NCBI GenBank assembly: GCA_045650025.1
Contig: JAZRQR010000020.1
Location: 11,077-75,076, forward strand
DNA: 64,000 nucleotides
Direction of reading: 5' to 3'
Origin: Eubacteriales bacterium
GTDB taxonomy: Bacteria; Bacillota; Clostridia; Oscillospirales; CAG-272
Shown: positions 17,923-27,194 of the stretch, in pieces
Layout: each line of letters opens with the position of its first letter
Numbering within the stretch: the first letter of the stretch is position 1
Notes under the pieces: model-generated
Told to the model about the DNA's origin: nothing
What the model saw: the letters and a program-made list of their open reading frames with translations, nothing else
The model's database searches: none
Translations under genes and position numbers: made by a program

Positions 17923-18723
17923 ATGAACGCAAAGACCGTACGAATTGCTAACATCCTGGCAGCCATTCTGCTGCTGCTAAACGCAGGATGCATCCTGCTC
18001 AATCTGGTGCTGTCGCTGTTTAAATTAGCATCATTCACAATCTCGCTGCCCGCAGGCATCTTTCTGTGCCTGGCATTGGTGCTGCCCACCTTCGTATTGC
18101 TGATCAACGGCATCAAGCAAGCAAAGCGCAAGCAGGGCGTGTTTGATCTCATTTTCTCGATTATAACGCTGATTGTTGGCGCAATCTGGGCGGTTGCGAG
18201 CCTGCTGGATTGGGGACTTTCGATCGCGCAGAGCGTGATCATCAATCAATATTATGCTATGGATATTGACATTCCCTTGGGACAAATTCTCAGCATTCTG
18301 AGCTATGTGCACATTGCATATACACTGCTTACCATCATTGTAGCGCTCTATTTGCTGGTTGTGTATGCCATCAGCGTGCTCAGATCCAAGCAAAAGTGGC
18401 TGCAGATTAAGGCAGAGCTACACAAGCTTGCGGTTGCTGTCGTGATCCTGGTGCCGGGGCTGCTTTATTTTGTGCGTTTGGTTCTCAATAGAATTATGAT
18501 TACCGTCAGCATGGAAGCGTATAGCACGTATTCGATGATTGCCATGTACGTACAGTATGGCGTGTCGCTTTTGCTGCCCATCGCCGCAGCCGTATTGCTT
18601 TTGACCTTTGGCTTGATTTTGAAAAAGCAAACCGCGCCCAAGGAAAGCGTAGCACAGCCTGAGCAGCCTGCTCCCGTAGCAGACATCGACCTGCCCGCGG
18701 GCGTGAGCGCGGACGATCTTTAA
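17923..18723 (+). CDS. Hypothetical polytopic membrane protein (paralog A)
   Basis: 266 aa, about 6 TM; shares KQ-K-GxFDLIFSI and K-x-QxKAEL blocks with downstream gene. Confidence 0.5.
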   Translation: MNAKTVRIANILAAILLLLNAGCILLNLVLSLFKLASFTISLPAGIFLCLALVLPTFVLLINGIKQAKRKQGVFDLIFSIITLIVGAIWAVASLLDWGLSIAQSVIINQYYAMDIDIPLGQILSILSYVHIAYTLLTIIVALYLLVVYAISVLRSKQKWLQIKAELHKLAVAVVILVPGLLYFVRLVLNRIMITVSMEAYSTYSMIAMYVQYGVSLLLPIAAAVLLLTFGLILKKQTAPKESVAQPEQPAPVADIDLPAGVSADDL

Positions 18724-18759
18724 TTCAAACTCAAAATTATTACATAAAGGAGTATTCTT

Positions 18760-19515
18760 ATGAACAAAAAAGCGGTTATTTCCAACGTGATCATTTCGGT
18801 CATCGTCAACCTCTTGTTGGCGGCTATTCTGATCGGTGCAGGCGCGCTGGTGCTGGCATTCCCGCAGATCTTCAGCATCGTGCTCAACGCAATCTTCGCT
18901 CTGATCGGCATTTCGCTGACGCTGACCACCATCCCCAACCTGATTGGCGGCATTGCAAACGTCAAGCAGAAAAAGGGAAGATTTGACCTGATTTTCTCGA
19001 TCGTCACCATGGTAATTGGTGTCACCCTTGCCATTTATGGCGGAATCAACGTGCTGGTTCAGATCGGCGTCAGACTCATCGCGATGCCTATCATCGTCTT
19101 TACCATTATGAAGATCCTTCGTTGGGTCGTTTGCGGTCTGGCTGCGCTCTATCTGATCGTTCTGCCCATCATCCGTATCGCAAAGGCAGAGAAGAAGTTC
19201 ATGCAGTTCAAGGCAGAGCTGGTTAAGATTCTGCTTGGCGTGCTGATCGTCGTACTGTTGATCTGCGGTCTGCTGTTCTCGGTGCTCAATCAGTTTATCG
19301 GCATCTCTTTGATCGTGGTTGGTGTACTGACCGCCCTGTTTGCTCTGCTCATTCTCATCGTTGGCTTGGTTGGTCTTAAGAAGGCTGACAAGGTCAAGGT
19401 GGATAGCGGCATCGTTGCAGTTGGCGTAGACGTAGACGGTGACGGCACCATCGACGTGCTGCACGTGGATACCGACGGTGACGGCAAGGTGGATACCGTT
19501 GTGACCAAGGACTGA
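18760..19515 (+). CDS. Hypothetical polytopic membrane protein (paralog B) with DxDGDG tail
   Basis: 251 aa; C-terminal VDVDGDGTIDVLHVDTDGDGKVDTVV. Confidence 0.5.
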   Translation: MNKKAVISNVIISVIVNLLLAAILIGAGALVLAFPQIFSIVLNAIFALIGISLTLTTIPNLIGGIANVKQKKGRFDLIFSIVTMVIGVTLAIYGGINVLVQIGVRLIAMPIIVFTIMKILRWVVCGLAALYLIVLPIIRIAKAEKKFMQFKAELVKILLGVLIVVLLICGLLFSVLNQFIGISLIVVGVLTALFALLILIVGLVGLKKADKVKVDSGIVAVGVDVDGDGTIDVLHVDTDGDGKVDTVVTKD

Positions 19516-19569
19516 TCTTCTTATCATTTAAAAGAGCAAGCAATGGGGCTGCGGAATTAGTGAAAAAAC

Positions 19570-19610
19570 AGCAGGAATTTGTTCAATTTTGAGCAGGTTC
19601 CTGCTATTTT
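19570..19610. terminator. Bidirectional hairpin terminator
   Basis: AGCAGGAA (19570-19577) / TTCCTGCT (19598-19605), 20-nt loop; T-runs on both strands. Confidence 0.6.
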
Positions 19611-19637
19611 CAATTTGTGGTGTTGAGTTTACAACAA

Positions 19638-19864
19638 GGATGCGCTTAAAAAGCCGTCCCCTCGGGGGTAGGAGGGATCCCACAATGGTCCCCAGTGGGA
19701 GGAAGGGGAACACGCGTAAAGTTTGGACAAGCAAACATTTCATCGGATTTCGCAGGTAATAAAAAATAATACCATCCCAACTTCATCACGATACCCCTTC
19801 CTCCTCGCTACGCTTCGCTGCGAGGCGCCTCCTTCCCCCGAGGGGACGGCTATAGGTGCGCATC
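19638..19864. repeat. 227-nt inverted-repeat / long-hairpin element
   Basis: Arms pair 8+16+6+11 bp: 19638-45/19857-64, 19653-68/19835-50, 19670-75/19828-33, 19698-708/19794-804. Confidence 0.65.
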
Positions 19865-19892
19865 CTAATCGCTTTCATATCCTCATAACAAA

Positions 19893-19925
19893 AAGCAGAA
19901 ATCAAGACTTCTGCTTTTATGTTAT
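19893..19925. terminator. Bidirectional hairpin terminator
   Basis: AAGCAGAA-ATCAAGAC-TTCTGCTT with T-rich tails on both strands. Confidence 0.65.
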
Positions 19926-19983
19926 TTTCTCGCTATTTCCGCATCCCCATATGCTTGCTCTTTTTTTCGTTTGCCCATCCTTG

Positions 19984-20012
19984 TTGACACAGCCCCAAAA
20001 GTTTGCTATAAT
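19984..20012 (+). promoter_or_regulatory. Exact consensus promoter TTGACA-N17-TATAAT
   Basis: Hexamers 19984-19989 and 20007-20012; lies inside ORF-track extension 19723.. Confidence 0.8.
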
Positions 20013-20043
20013 AGAGGTAATAAACCGAAAAAGGAGAATTGCC

Positions 20044-20748
20044 ATGCAACATTTCCAAAACAAATATTTCTCGATCATCGGAGATTCGATCAGCACGCTG
20101 GAGGGCTACATCCCGTCCGGTCATGCGGTGTATTATGATGCCGCGCATATGGAGGCTGCCAACGTGCACAGCGTAAAAGATACCTGGTGGGGACAGGTGA
20201 TTGCGCAGCTTGGCGGTCAGCTGCTGGCAAACGATTCCTTCTCAGGCAGCACGGCGGTCATTCACCCCGCTTGCTTTGTGGATTCCTATACCTGTACCGA
20301 TCAGCGCACCTCGTTTCTACACAAGGGAGAGGTAAATCCCGATGTGATCATGATCTACATGGGTACCAACGACCGCGGCATTTGCGCCAAGCCCTTGGCA
20401 ACCGAAGAGGGCGAGAAGAGCGATCTTTCGGTCTTTTCTACGGCATACGCCACCATGCTGCAAAAGCTGCGCACCAATTACCCCGCAGCGCAGATCTGGT
20501 GCCTGACGCTGCCCGTGTGCTATTGCTCTGCAAATTCCGAGTTTGCCTTTCCGTATGAGCATGGCGGTTGGCATATTGAGCAGTTTTGCAAAGCCATTCG
20601 TGATAGCGCGCAAGAATACGGCTGTCGCGTCATCGACCTGTATGCGCAGACCAAGGATACCCCCTACGACTCCATGGACGGCTGTCACCCCAACGCCGAG
20701 GGCATGAAGACCATTTCGGCGGCGGTGCTGGCGGAGCTGGCTCAATGA
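20044..20748 (+). CDS. SGNH/GDSL-type hydrolase
   Basis: FSIIGDSIS block I, GTND block III, C-terminal DGCHP block V; SD AAGGAGAA. Confidence 0.75.
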   Translation: MQHFQNKYFSIIGDSISTLEGYIPSGHAVYYDAAHMEAANVHSVKDTWWGQVIAQLGGQLLANDSFSGSTAVIHPACFVDSYTCTDQRTSFLHKGEVNPDVIMIYMGTNDRGICAKPLATEEGEKSDLSVFSTAYATMLQKLRTNYPAAQIWCLTLPVCYCSANSEFAFPYEHGGWHIEQFCKAIRDSAQEYGCRVIDLYAQTKDTPYDSMDGCHPNAEGMKTISAAVLAELAQ

Positions 20749-21266
20749 AGCGCGTAATTGAGACCGAGAGACTGGTGCTGCGCGAATACGTGCAGGATGA
20801 CTTTGACGCGCTGTACGCCATTTTATCCGATCCCATCACCATGCAGCATTATCCCAAGCCTTATGATAAGGACGGCACGCAGCGCTGGCTGAATTGGAGC
20901 TTTGATAACTACCAAAAGCACGGATTCGGACTTTGGGCGATCGAGCTGAAGGAGACCGGTGAATGTATCGGTGATTGCGGCATTACCATGCAGCCCATTG
21001 ATGGGGAGTGGCTGCCCGAGATCGGCTATCATATCCACCGCAACCATTGGCGACGTGGATACGCCAAGGAAGCCGCCTGCGCCGCGCGCGATTGGTGCTT
21101 TGCCAACACCGCGTTTGACGAGGTCTATTCCTACATGACATGCTCCAACGTTGCTTCCTATTCCACTGCCGCGTCAATCGGCATGCAGCGCATCAAGCAA
21201 TACGAGGATGACGGTGTGCCGCATTACGTGTATCGCATCACCCGAGCGGAGTGGGAATCCGCATAA
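20745..21266 (+). CDS. GNAT family N-acetyltransferase (RimJ/RimL-like)
   Basis: 173 aa; TERLVLRE start, WRRGYAKEAA acetyl-CoA loop. Confidence 0.8.
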   Translation: MKRVIETERLVLREYVQDDFDALYAILSDPITMQHYPKPYDKDGTQRWLNWSFDNYQKHGFGLWAIELKETGECIGDCGITMQPIDGEWLPEIGYHIHRNHWRRGYAKEAACAARDWCFANTAFDEVYSYMTCSNVASYSTAASIGMQRIKQYEDDGVPHYVYRITRAEWESA

Positions 21267-21291
21267 AACACCACGATATAGGAGGAATTCT

Positions 21292-22398
21292 ATGAAAATC
21301 CATGCTCGCATACTGGCGCTGCTCCTGCCTGCGTTGCTGCTGGCGGCTTGCACGTCCGAATCCTTGCCGCAAACTGACACGACCGACGCGGCAACCGATC
21401 TGCCCACCGCTGAGATCGTGACCGAGCAACCTACAGAGATTGTCACAGAGGAGGAAACCACCGTGCAATATTCGTATCAGACCGTACAAAATCCCATCCA
21501 CGAGGGTGGCGGCGACCCTTGGGTCGTACAGCACGAGGGGGAGTATTATTACTGCTATTCGGTTGGCAACGGTGTCAGCGTAGCAAAGGTGCCCTCCATT
21601 GCAAAGCTCAGACAGAACGGACGCCGCGTGTACACACCGCCTCAGAACACCATGTATTCCAGCGAATACTGGGCACCCGAGCTGCACTATATTGACGGCG
21701 CGTGGTATATTTACGTGGCTGCCGATGACGGCAATAACGAAAACCACCGTATGTACGTTTTGCGCGGCACCACGCAGGACCCGACCGATCCCTTTGAAAT
21801 GGTGGGGCAGATCACCGATCCCTCAAACAAATGGGCAATTGACGGTACGGTTTTGCAGCTGAACGGCGAGCTGTACTTTATCTGGTCGGGCTGGGAGGGC
21901 AACGTCAACGTGGCGCAGAACCTTTACATTGCCCACATGAGCGACCCTTGCACCATTGATTCCGAGCGCGTTTGCCTGTCCGTGCCCGAATATTCTTGGG
22001 AAATGTACGGGCAGCCTTATATCAACGAGGGACCTGCCGTGCTGCAGCACGAGGGCAAGACCTTCTTGGTCTATTCCGCATCGGGCAGCTGGACCGACCA
22101 GTATTGTCTGGGTATGCTGACGCTGACGGGCGACGACCCCATGGACGTCAATAGCTGGGAGAAATCGAACCGACCCGTATTCCGCTACCGTCCGCACGTG
22201 TGCTACGGACCGGGGCATAACTCGTTCTGTACCGCCCCCGATGGCAGCGTTTGGATGATCTACCACGGCAATCTGGTCTCGGGCAGCGGCTGGTCGGGAC
22301 GCTCGGTATGGATCGCCCCCGTCACCTTTGATGAGGACGGTACGCCCGAATTCGGCAAACCCTCTAAGGAAGTGGAATTTCCGTTTGCGGTCCATTGA
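21292..22398 (+). CDS. Glycoside hydrolase family 43-like lipoprotein
   Basis: Lipobox LLAAC; GGGDPWVV, YWAPELHYIDG, EGPAVL blocks of 5-bladed propeller GH43. Confidence 0.75.
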   Translation: MKIHARILALLLPALLLAACTSESLPQTDTTDAATDLPTAEIVTEQPTEIVTEEETTVQYSYQTVQNPIHEGGGDPWVVQHEGEYYYCYSVGNGVSVAKVPSIAKLRQNGRRVYTPPQNTMYSSEYWAPELHYIDGAWYIYVAADDGNNENHRMYVLRGTTQDPTDPFEMVGQITDPSNKWAIDGTVLQLNGELYFIWSGWEGNVNVAQNLYIAHMSDPCTIDSERVCLSVPEYSWEMYGQPYINEGPAVLQHEGKTFLVYSASGSWTDQYCLGMLTLTGDDPMDVNSWEKSNRPVFRYRPHVCYGPGHNSFCTAPDGSVWMIYHGNLVSGSGWSGRSVWIAPVTFDEDGTPEFGKPSKEVEFPFAVH

Positions 22399-22417
22399 GA
22401 CGGCAGGGAAATGACCT

Positions 22418-23338
22418 ATGAAGAAACGTAACAACTGGGGGATTTTACTCGCCATTCTGGCGGCGGCATTGTATGCTGTCAACGCGCCGTTTTCCAAGCT
22501 GCTGCTTGCCTATATGCAGCCCACCTTAATGGCAGGCTTTCTGTATCTCGGGGCAGGGCTTTGTATGGGAGGCATTGCGCTTGGCAGAAAGCTGTTGAGG
22601 CATCAGCGCACCGAGGAGCGGCTGTCGCGCGCCGATCTGCCGTACACGCTTGCCATGATTTTGCTGGATATTGCCGCGCCGATCTTTCTTTTGCTGGGGC
22701 TTTCGTTTACCACGGCGGAAAATGCCTCCTTGCTCAATAATTTCGAAATCGTTGCCACCGCGCTGATTGCGCTGGCAGTATTTGGCGAAAAGATCAGCGC
22801 AAGACTGTGGGTGGGCATTGCGTTTGTGGTTGCCTCCTGCACGCTTTTGTCGTTTGAGGATCTCTCGGCACTCAAGTTCTCGCTTGGCTCGGTGTTTATT
22901 CTGGCGGCTTGCCTGTGCTGGGGTATTGAAAACAACTGCACGCGCAAGCTCTCCGCAAAGGACCCCTTGGAGATCGTGCTGATCAAGGGCATCTTCTCCG
23001 GGCTTGGCTCGGTGCTGATCGGGCTTTTGCTGGGCGAGCGTATCACGCACATCTGGAGCGTTTTCCCCGTGCTGGCGGTGGGCTGCGTGGCATACGGATG
23101 CAGCATTTTCGTGTACGTATATGCGCAAAGACTGCTGGGAGCGGCACGCACCAGCGCGTTTTATGCGGTCGCACCCTTTATCGGCGTATTGCTTTCCTTG
23201 CTGATCTTCCGCGAGCTGCCATCCTATGCGTTTTTCGTTGCGCTTGCGCTTATGGTAATCGGGGCGTGGCTTTGCTCGTCGGACGGTCCGCTTTTTGGAC
23301 GCAAGAAAAAACAATCATGCTATTGGGTTGCAAAATAG
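22418..23338 (+). CDS. DMT (EamA) family transporter
   Basis: 306 aa, 10 TM, duplicated EamA halves. Confidence 0.8.
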   Translation: MKKRNNWGILLAILAAALYAVNAPFSKLLLAYMQPTLMAGFLYLGAGLCMGGIALGRKLLRHQRTEERLSRADLPYTLAMILLDIAAPIFLLLGLSFTTAENASLLNNFEIVATALIALAVFGEKISARLWVGIAFVVASCTLLSFEDLSALKFSLGSVFILAACLCWGIENNCTRKLSAKDPLEIVLIKGIFSGLGSVLIGLLLGERITHIWSVFPVLAVGCVAYGCSIFVYVYAQRLLGAARTSAFYAVAPFIGVLLSLLIFRELPSYAFFVALALMVIGAWLCSSDGPLFGRKKKQSCYWVAK

Positions 23339-23389
23339 ACAGTCCCATCACAACGCTGTATTCCGCGTGATAAGATAAAGGAGACCCCT

Positions 23390-24055
23390 ATGAACATACA
23401 AAATAACGTCTTAAAGCACTACCTGCGCAACGTGTATTTCATCACGGGTACGGCGTATGCGGGCAAATCCACCGCGGTGCACTTGCTTGCCGAGCAATAC
23501 GGCATGATCGAGTGCGGGGAGAACTATCACATGGCAATCTCGGATGCGGTCGCCACACCGGTAACGCATCCCGATCTGTGCTATAATAAGCAACTGATCG
23601 ATTGGCGCGATTTTGTGACGCGCACGCCCGAGGAATACGAGCGGTGGATCTATGCAGTAGGTCGCGAGGCAGCCGAGTTTGAGGTCGCCGCCCTGATCGC
23701 ACTTTCCGGGCAGGGAAGCGTGATTGTGGACACCAATATTCCGCTTGACGTGCTGCACGAGATATCGGATTATGATCACGTAGCCGTCATGCTCTCGCCG
23801 CAATCCATGAGCGTGGAGCGCTTTTTTGACCGCGATGACCCCGATAAGCAGTTTCTGCTTGGTGTGATCGATTCCTGCGAAGACCCTGCCGCCGTTATGG
23901 AAAACTACCGCGCGGGTCTTGCGCGCATCAACAGCCGGGCGCACTACGACGAGTATGCAAACAGCGGCTTTTTCACCTTGGTGCGCGAGAACACCGATAC
24001 CGACACACGCCAAGCCGTCTGCGACGCGCTTGCCAAGCATTTCAAATTGAAATAA
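23390..24055 (+). CDS. P-loop NTPase/kinase-like protein
   Basis: Walker A GTAYAGKST; no further family recognised. Confidence 0.4.
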   Translation: MNIQNNVLKHYLRNVYFITGTAYAGKSTAVHLLAEQYGMIECGENYHMAISDAVATPVTHPDLCYNKQLIDWRDFVTRTPEEYERWIYAVGREAAEFEVAALIALSGQGSVIVDTNIPLDVLHEISDYDHVAVMLSPQSMSVERFFDRDDPDKQFLLGVIDSCEDPAAVMENYRAGLARINSRAHYDEYANSGFFTLVRENTDTDTRQAVCDALAKHFKLK

Positions 24056-24074
24056 CCCGACAAGGAGACTGAAT

Positions 24075-24602
24075 ATGAACACCTTAGAAGCCATTGCAAA
24101 ACGCAAATCCACCCGCGCATACAAGCCCGAGCAGATTTCGGAGGAATCTCTTTCTGCCATCCTGCGCGCAGCCAATGCCGCACCTGTGGCAATGGCAAAG
24201 TACGATTCCTTGCACATCACGGTCATTCAGAGCAAGGATGTGATCGGCAAGATCAACGAAATGACCGCCGAAATGTTTGCAAAGCGTATGGGCGTTAAGA
24301 AAAATACCGATTTCGGTGCCAAGACGATGGTGCTGGTGTCCACCGTCAAGGCAGGCTTGCCGCCTGAAATGGCATACGCCAACGTGGGCATCGTGATTGA
24401 GAATATGGTCATCGCCGCAACGTCGCTGGGCATTGACAGCGTCATTCTGGGCGGCGCACCCGCCATCGTGTCGCAAAACGAGGCAATGGTCAAGGAGCTT
24501 GGCATCCCCGAGGGCTTCACCCCTGTCCTTGGCGCACTCTTCGGCTACGCCCAATGCGACGAACCCGCCAAGGAGCATGCCATCAACGTCAATCGGGTGT
24601 GA
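24075..24602 (+). CDS. Nitroreductase family protein
   Basis: 175 aa; RKSTRAY and PVAMAKYD pattern. Confidence 0.75.
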   Translation: MNTLEAIAKRKSTRAYKPEQISEESLSAILRAANAAPVAMAKYDSLHITVIQSKDVIGKINEMTAEMFAKRMGVKKNTDFGAKTMVLVSTVKAGLPPEMAYANVGIVIENMVIAATSLGIDSVILGGAPAIVSQNEAMVKELGIPEGFTPVLGALFGYAQCDEPAKEHAINVNRV

Positions 24603-24613
24603 TTGCAAAGGAA

Positions 24614-24641
24614 AATGCCGATGAGCTTTCTCATCGGCATT
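24614..24641. terminator. Bidirectional hairpin between convergent genes
   Basis: AATGCCGATGA / TCATCGGCATT 11-bp stem. Confidence 0.7.
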
Positions 24642-24661
24642 GCTTTATTGGCAGGGAATTG

Positions 24662-25186
24662 CTATACCCCATACATCCCCGTGAGGGGATCGCGGAAAAT
24701 GTCGATTTGCGGCGTGCGGAAGGTGAATACGATAAACGCCAGGGCGAGTACGCAAAGCGCCACCACGGCAAATTTTGGCTGCTTACAGAGCAGCCTTTTT
24801 TGATGAAGCAAGCGCGTCTCGTACGCATACGTCACCGCTGCTGACACAAAGAAAATGCTGATGTTGAGCCAATCGGGCGACTTGCCGATGACGCCGTTAT
24901 AGGTGTAAAACAGCACGGGGATCAGCGCAAGCCCCGATAGCACCCCGCGTAGCTTGACGCACCAAAAATCCGTTCGATCGCGAAAAAAACAGCTTTGCAC
25001 CAAGGCAAAGAGCAGCATGGGCCAGAACAGCAGCTTCATGTGCTCCCACGTTGACTCGTTGACGCCCGAGAAGGGCGCGATCCACCAAGCCTCTCCCAGC
25101 CAGTCGTACAAAAAATGCAGCAGCGTGCCGCCAAGCGCCGTTACGGCAAAGCCGCAAAGCTGCCAAAGCCCGATCGATCGTTTCAT
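24662..25186 (-). CDS. Hypothetical membrane protein (possibly DUF6512)
   Basis: 174 aa, 5 TM; LHFLYDW...VNESTWEHMKLLFWP. Confidence 0.45.
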   Translation of the reverse strand: MKRSIGLWQLCGFAVTALGGTLLHFLYDWLGEAWWIAPFSGVNESTWEHMKLLFWPMLLFALVQSCFFRDRTDFWCVKLRGVLSGLALIPVLFYTYNGVIGKSPDWLNISIFFVSAAVTYAYETRLLHQKRLLCKQPKFAVVALCVLALAFIVFTFRTPQIDIFRDPLTGMYGV

Positions 25187-25255
25187 AAAACCCCCATGCG
25201 TTTTTTCTTAATATATGCCCACACGGCGCATGATATATGCAAGTGCCGAAAATCA

Positions 25256-25284
25256 TTGACTTTTACGCGTCTGTTTGCTATAAT
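25256..25284 (+). promoter_or_regulatory. Promoter TTGACT-N17-TATAAT
   Basis: Hexamers 25256-25261 and 25279-25284. Confidence 0.75.
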
Positions 25285-25314
25285 AAAGAAAAACCAAATG
25301 AAAGAGAAGCGACT

Positions 25315-25707
25315 ATGAAAGTAATCGAGGTTGTGGCAGCCCTGATCTGGCGGGGCGATACGTTTATGATCTGTCAACGCCCTGCGCACAAGGCGCGTGG
25401 CTTGCTTTGGGAGTTTGTGGGCGGCAAGGTTGAGCCCGGAGAGAGCAAGCCCGAGGCGCTGGTACGCGAATGCAGGGAAGAGCTGGCGATCACGCTGGAA
25501 GTGGGCGAGGTCTTTATGGACGTTGTGCATGAATATCCCGACCTGACCGTGCATCTGACGCTGTTTCACGCCACCATTGCCAAGGGCGAGCCGCAGATGC
25601 TTGAGCACCACGACATACAATGGATCACCCCGCAAGAGGTGGGCAAGTACGATTTTTGCCCCGCGGACGTGGAGATCCTGCACAAGATTACCGAGGTGTT
25701 CGGTTGA
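25315..25707 (+). CDS. NUDIX hydrolase, MutT-like (8-oxo-dGTP/(d)CTP diphosphatase type)
   Basis: Nudix box GGKVEPGESKPEALVRECREELAI. Confidence 0.85.
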   Translation: MKVIEVVAALIWRGDTFMICQRPAHKARGLLWEFVGGKVEPGESKPEALVRECREELAITLEVGEVFMDVVHEYPDLTVHLTLFHATIAKGEPQMLEHHDIQWITPQEVGKYDFCPADVEILHKITEVFG

Positions 25708-25748
25708 TCCATCCGTAAAACTAAAAATGACATAAAAGGAGTATCCCT

Positions 25749-26675
25749 ATGAGCAGCTTTGAAAATCTTCGCGTCGTGGATAATTTCTACCAGACCTCTC
25801 TGTATTTCCCGATGCCCACCGTCATCATTTCCACGCTTTGCGAGGACGGCACCACCAATCTGGGTCCCTACTCGCTGGTGCAGCCCTATTACGTAGCCGG
25901 TAAGGATTACTACGCCATGCTGTTGTGCTGCCGCAATTCCTCCAACACCGCGCAAAACATCCTGCGCAACGGCAAGTGCACGCTCAATTTCATTGACGAC
26001 AAGCCTGCCACCTTCAAGGAGGCTGTCAAGCTTTCCTGGCCGGGGGACAAGCCCGAGGAAAAAATGCCCAAGTGCAAGTTCAAGCTGGAAAAGAGCCTTT
26101 TGGAGGAGCAGACCGGCGAGATGCGCCCCATGGTATTGACGGATGCGATCCAGGCGATCGAGTGCACCTGGGTGCGCGAGCTTGAGGGTGCGGAAAAGTT
26201 TTTGCCCGGTGAACTCAACGGCTACGAAGGTCCCTACAACGATTTCAACGGCATTACCTCCAAGTTCGGCGCACACTTTATTCTGCGCGTGGACAAGATC
26301 CTGATGAAGAAAAAGTATGCCGATGCCATTATCAACGGCGTTAAGGCAAAGGATTTTCCGTCCTTGCCCGTCGATTACGGCTACCGCGACAGCAAGAATT
26401 TCTGGTTCCACAGAAAGACCCGCATGCGCGCAGAGCTGCTTCAGATGCGTAAGGCTTCGCTGGAATCGGTGCGCTATGCGGCAGATCGCGCTGACGACAC
26501 CGTCAAGTTTACCGATGAGGCGCTGATGACCATTCTGGGTGTGCCGCGCGTATTCCTCTCAGTCGTGCTCAAGGGATGCGTTTCCTGGGCAAAGGAAAAC
26601 GGCGTTACGCTGATCACTGCGGAGCACATGCAGATCATCAACGATAAGCGCTCCAAGGAAAAAAATAAGAAATAA
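25749..26675 (+). CDS. Flavin-reductase-like protein with C-terminal PCP_red-like domain
   Basis: N-terminal split-barrel-like region; C-terminal FTDEAL..GVPRVFLSVVLKGCVSWAKENG..ITAEHM resembles protochlorophyllide-reductase small domain. Confidence 0.4.
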   Translation: MSSFENLRVVDNFYQTSLYFPMPTVIISTLCEDGTTNLGPYSLVQPYYVAGKDYYAMLLCCRNSSNTAQNILRNGKCTLNFIDDKPATFKEAVKLSWPGDKPEEKMPKCKFKLEKSLLEEQTGEMRPMVLTDAIQAIECTWVRELEGAEKFLPGELNGYEGPYNDFNGITSKFGAHFILRVDKILMKKKYADAIINGVKAKDFPSLPVDYGYRDSKNFWFHRKTRMRAELLQMRKASLESVRYAADRADDTVKFTDEALMTILGVPRVFLSVVLKGCVSWAKENGVTLITAEHMQIINDKRSKEKNKK

Positions 26676-26683
26676 GCTGACAG

Positions 26684-26717
26684 ATCCGCTTGCTCAACTC
26701 GAACAAGCGGATTTTTG
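26684..26717 (+). terminator. Rho-independent terminator
   Basis: ATCCGCTTG / CAAGCGGAT stem, 11-nt loop, TTTTT. Confidence 0.75.
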
Positions 26718-26731
26718 CTTGCCGAATCCTC

Positions 26732-26760
26732 TTGCATTTTGCAGCAAAAAGCGGTATAAT
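26732..26760 (+). promoter_or_regulatory. Promoter TTGCAT-N17-TATAAT
   Basis: Hexamers 26732-26737 and 26755-26760; heads the 26807-33069 gene string. Confidence 0.75.
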
Positions 26761-26806
26761 GAAGACAGTACGAAAAAGAAGTAAACATATTGGTAGGAAA
26801 ACGAGC

Positions 26807-27178
26807 ATGAACAAGCTAAAGGAACGCGCAAAGCAACTCAAAACCGATATCCCCGCCGTGTTTTTGGCGTTGACGGATCGCAAAACGCCGTGGTATGCCA
26901 AGGGGCTGGCGCTTTTGACTGTGGCGTATGCCTTGTCGCCCGTGGATCTTATTCCGGATTTCATTCCGGTGCTCGGGTATCTGGACGACCTGATCATTTT
27001 ACCCGTCCTGGTGGCTATTACGGTCAAGTGCATTCCTGCAGACGTGTTCGCGCAATACCGTGAGCGCGCAAGGGACATGTGGGCAGACGGCAAGCCGCAG
27101 AGGTGGTACTACGCCGTGCCGATTATCCTGATCTGGATCTTGGCGCTCGGGCTGATCTTACTGGCAATATTTTTATAA
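26807..27178 (+). CDS. DUF1232 (YkvA-like) membrane protein
   Basis: YALSPVDLIPDFIPVLGYLDDL signature. Confidence 0.7.
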   Translation: MNKLKERAKQLKTDIPAVFLALTDRKTPWYAKGLALLTVAYALSPVDLIPDFIPVLGYLDDLIILPVLVAITVKCIPADVFAQYRERARDMWADGKPQRWYYAVPIILIWILALGLILLAIFL

Positions 27179-27194
27179 GACGTGGGAGGGAACT

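Noticed and set aside
19435-19515. The twin DxDGDG tail of the 18760 gene as a dockerin module
   Set aside because: Only the two calcium-loop-like segments are present. The helices and ~22-residue repeat spacing of true dockerins are absent, and the protein is a polytopic membrane protein.
19723-20043. Long N-terminal extension of the SGNH hydrolase ORF (track start 19723); similar extensions at 7155, 21151, 25237, 29506, 31462 and 52905
   Set aside because: The extensions cross terminators, promoters or upstream gene ends. Internal ATGs with good SD and conserved N-termini give the expected protein lengths.
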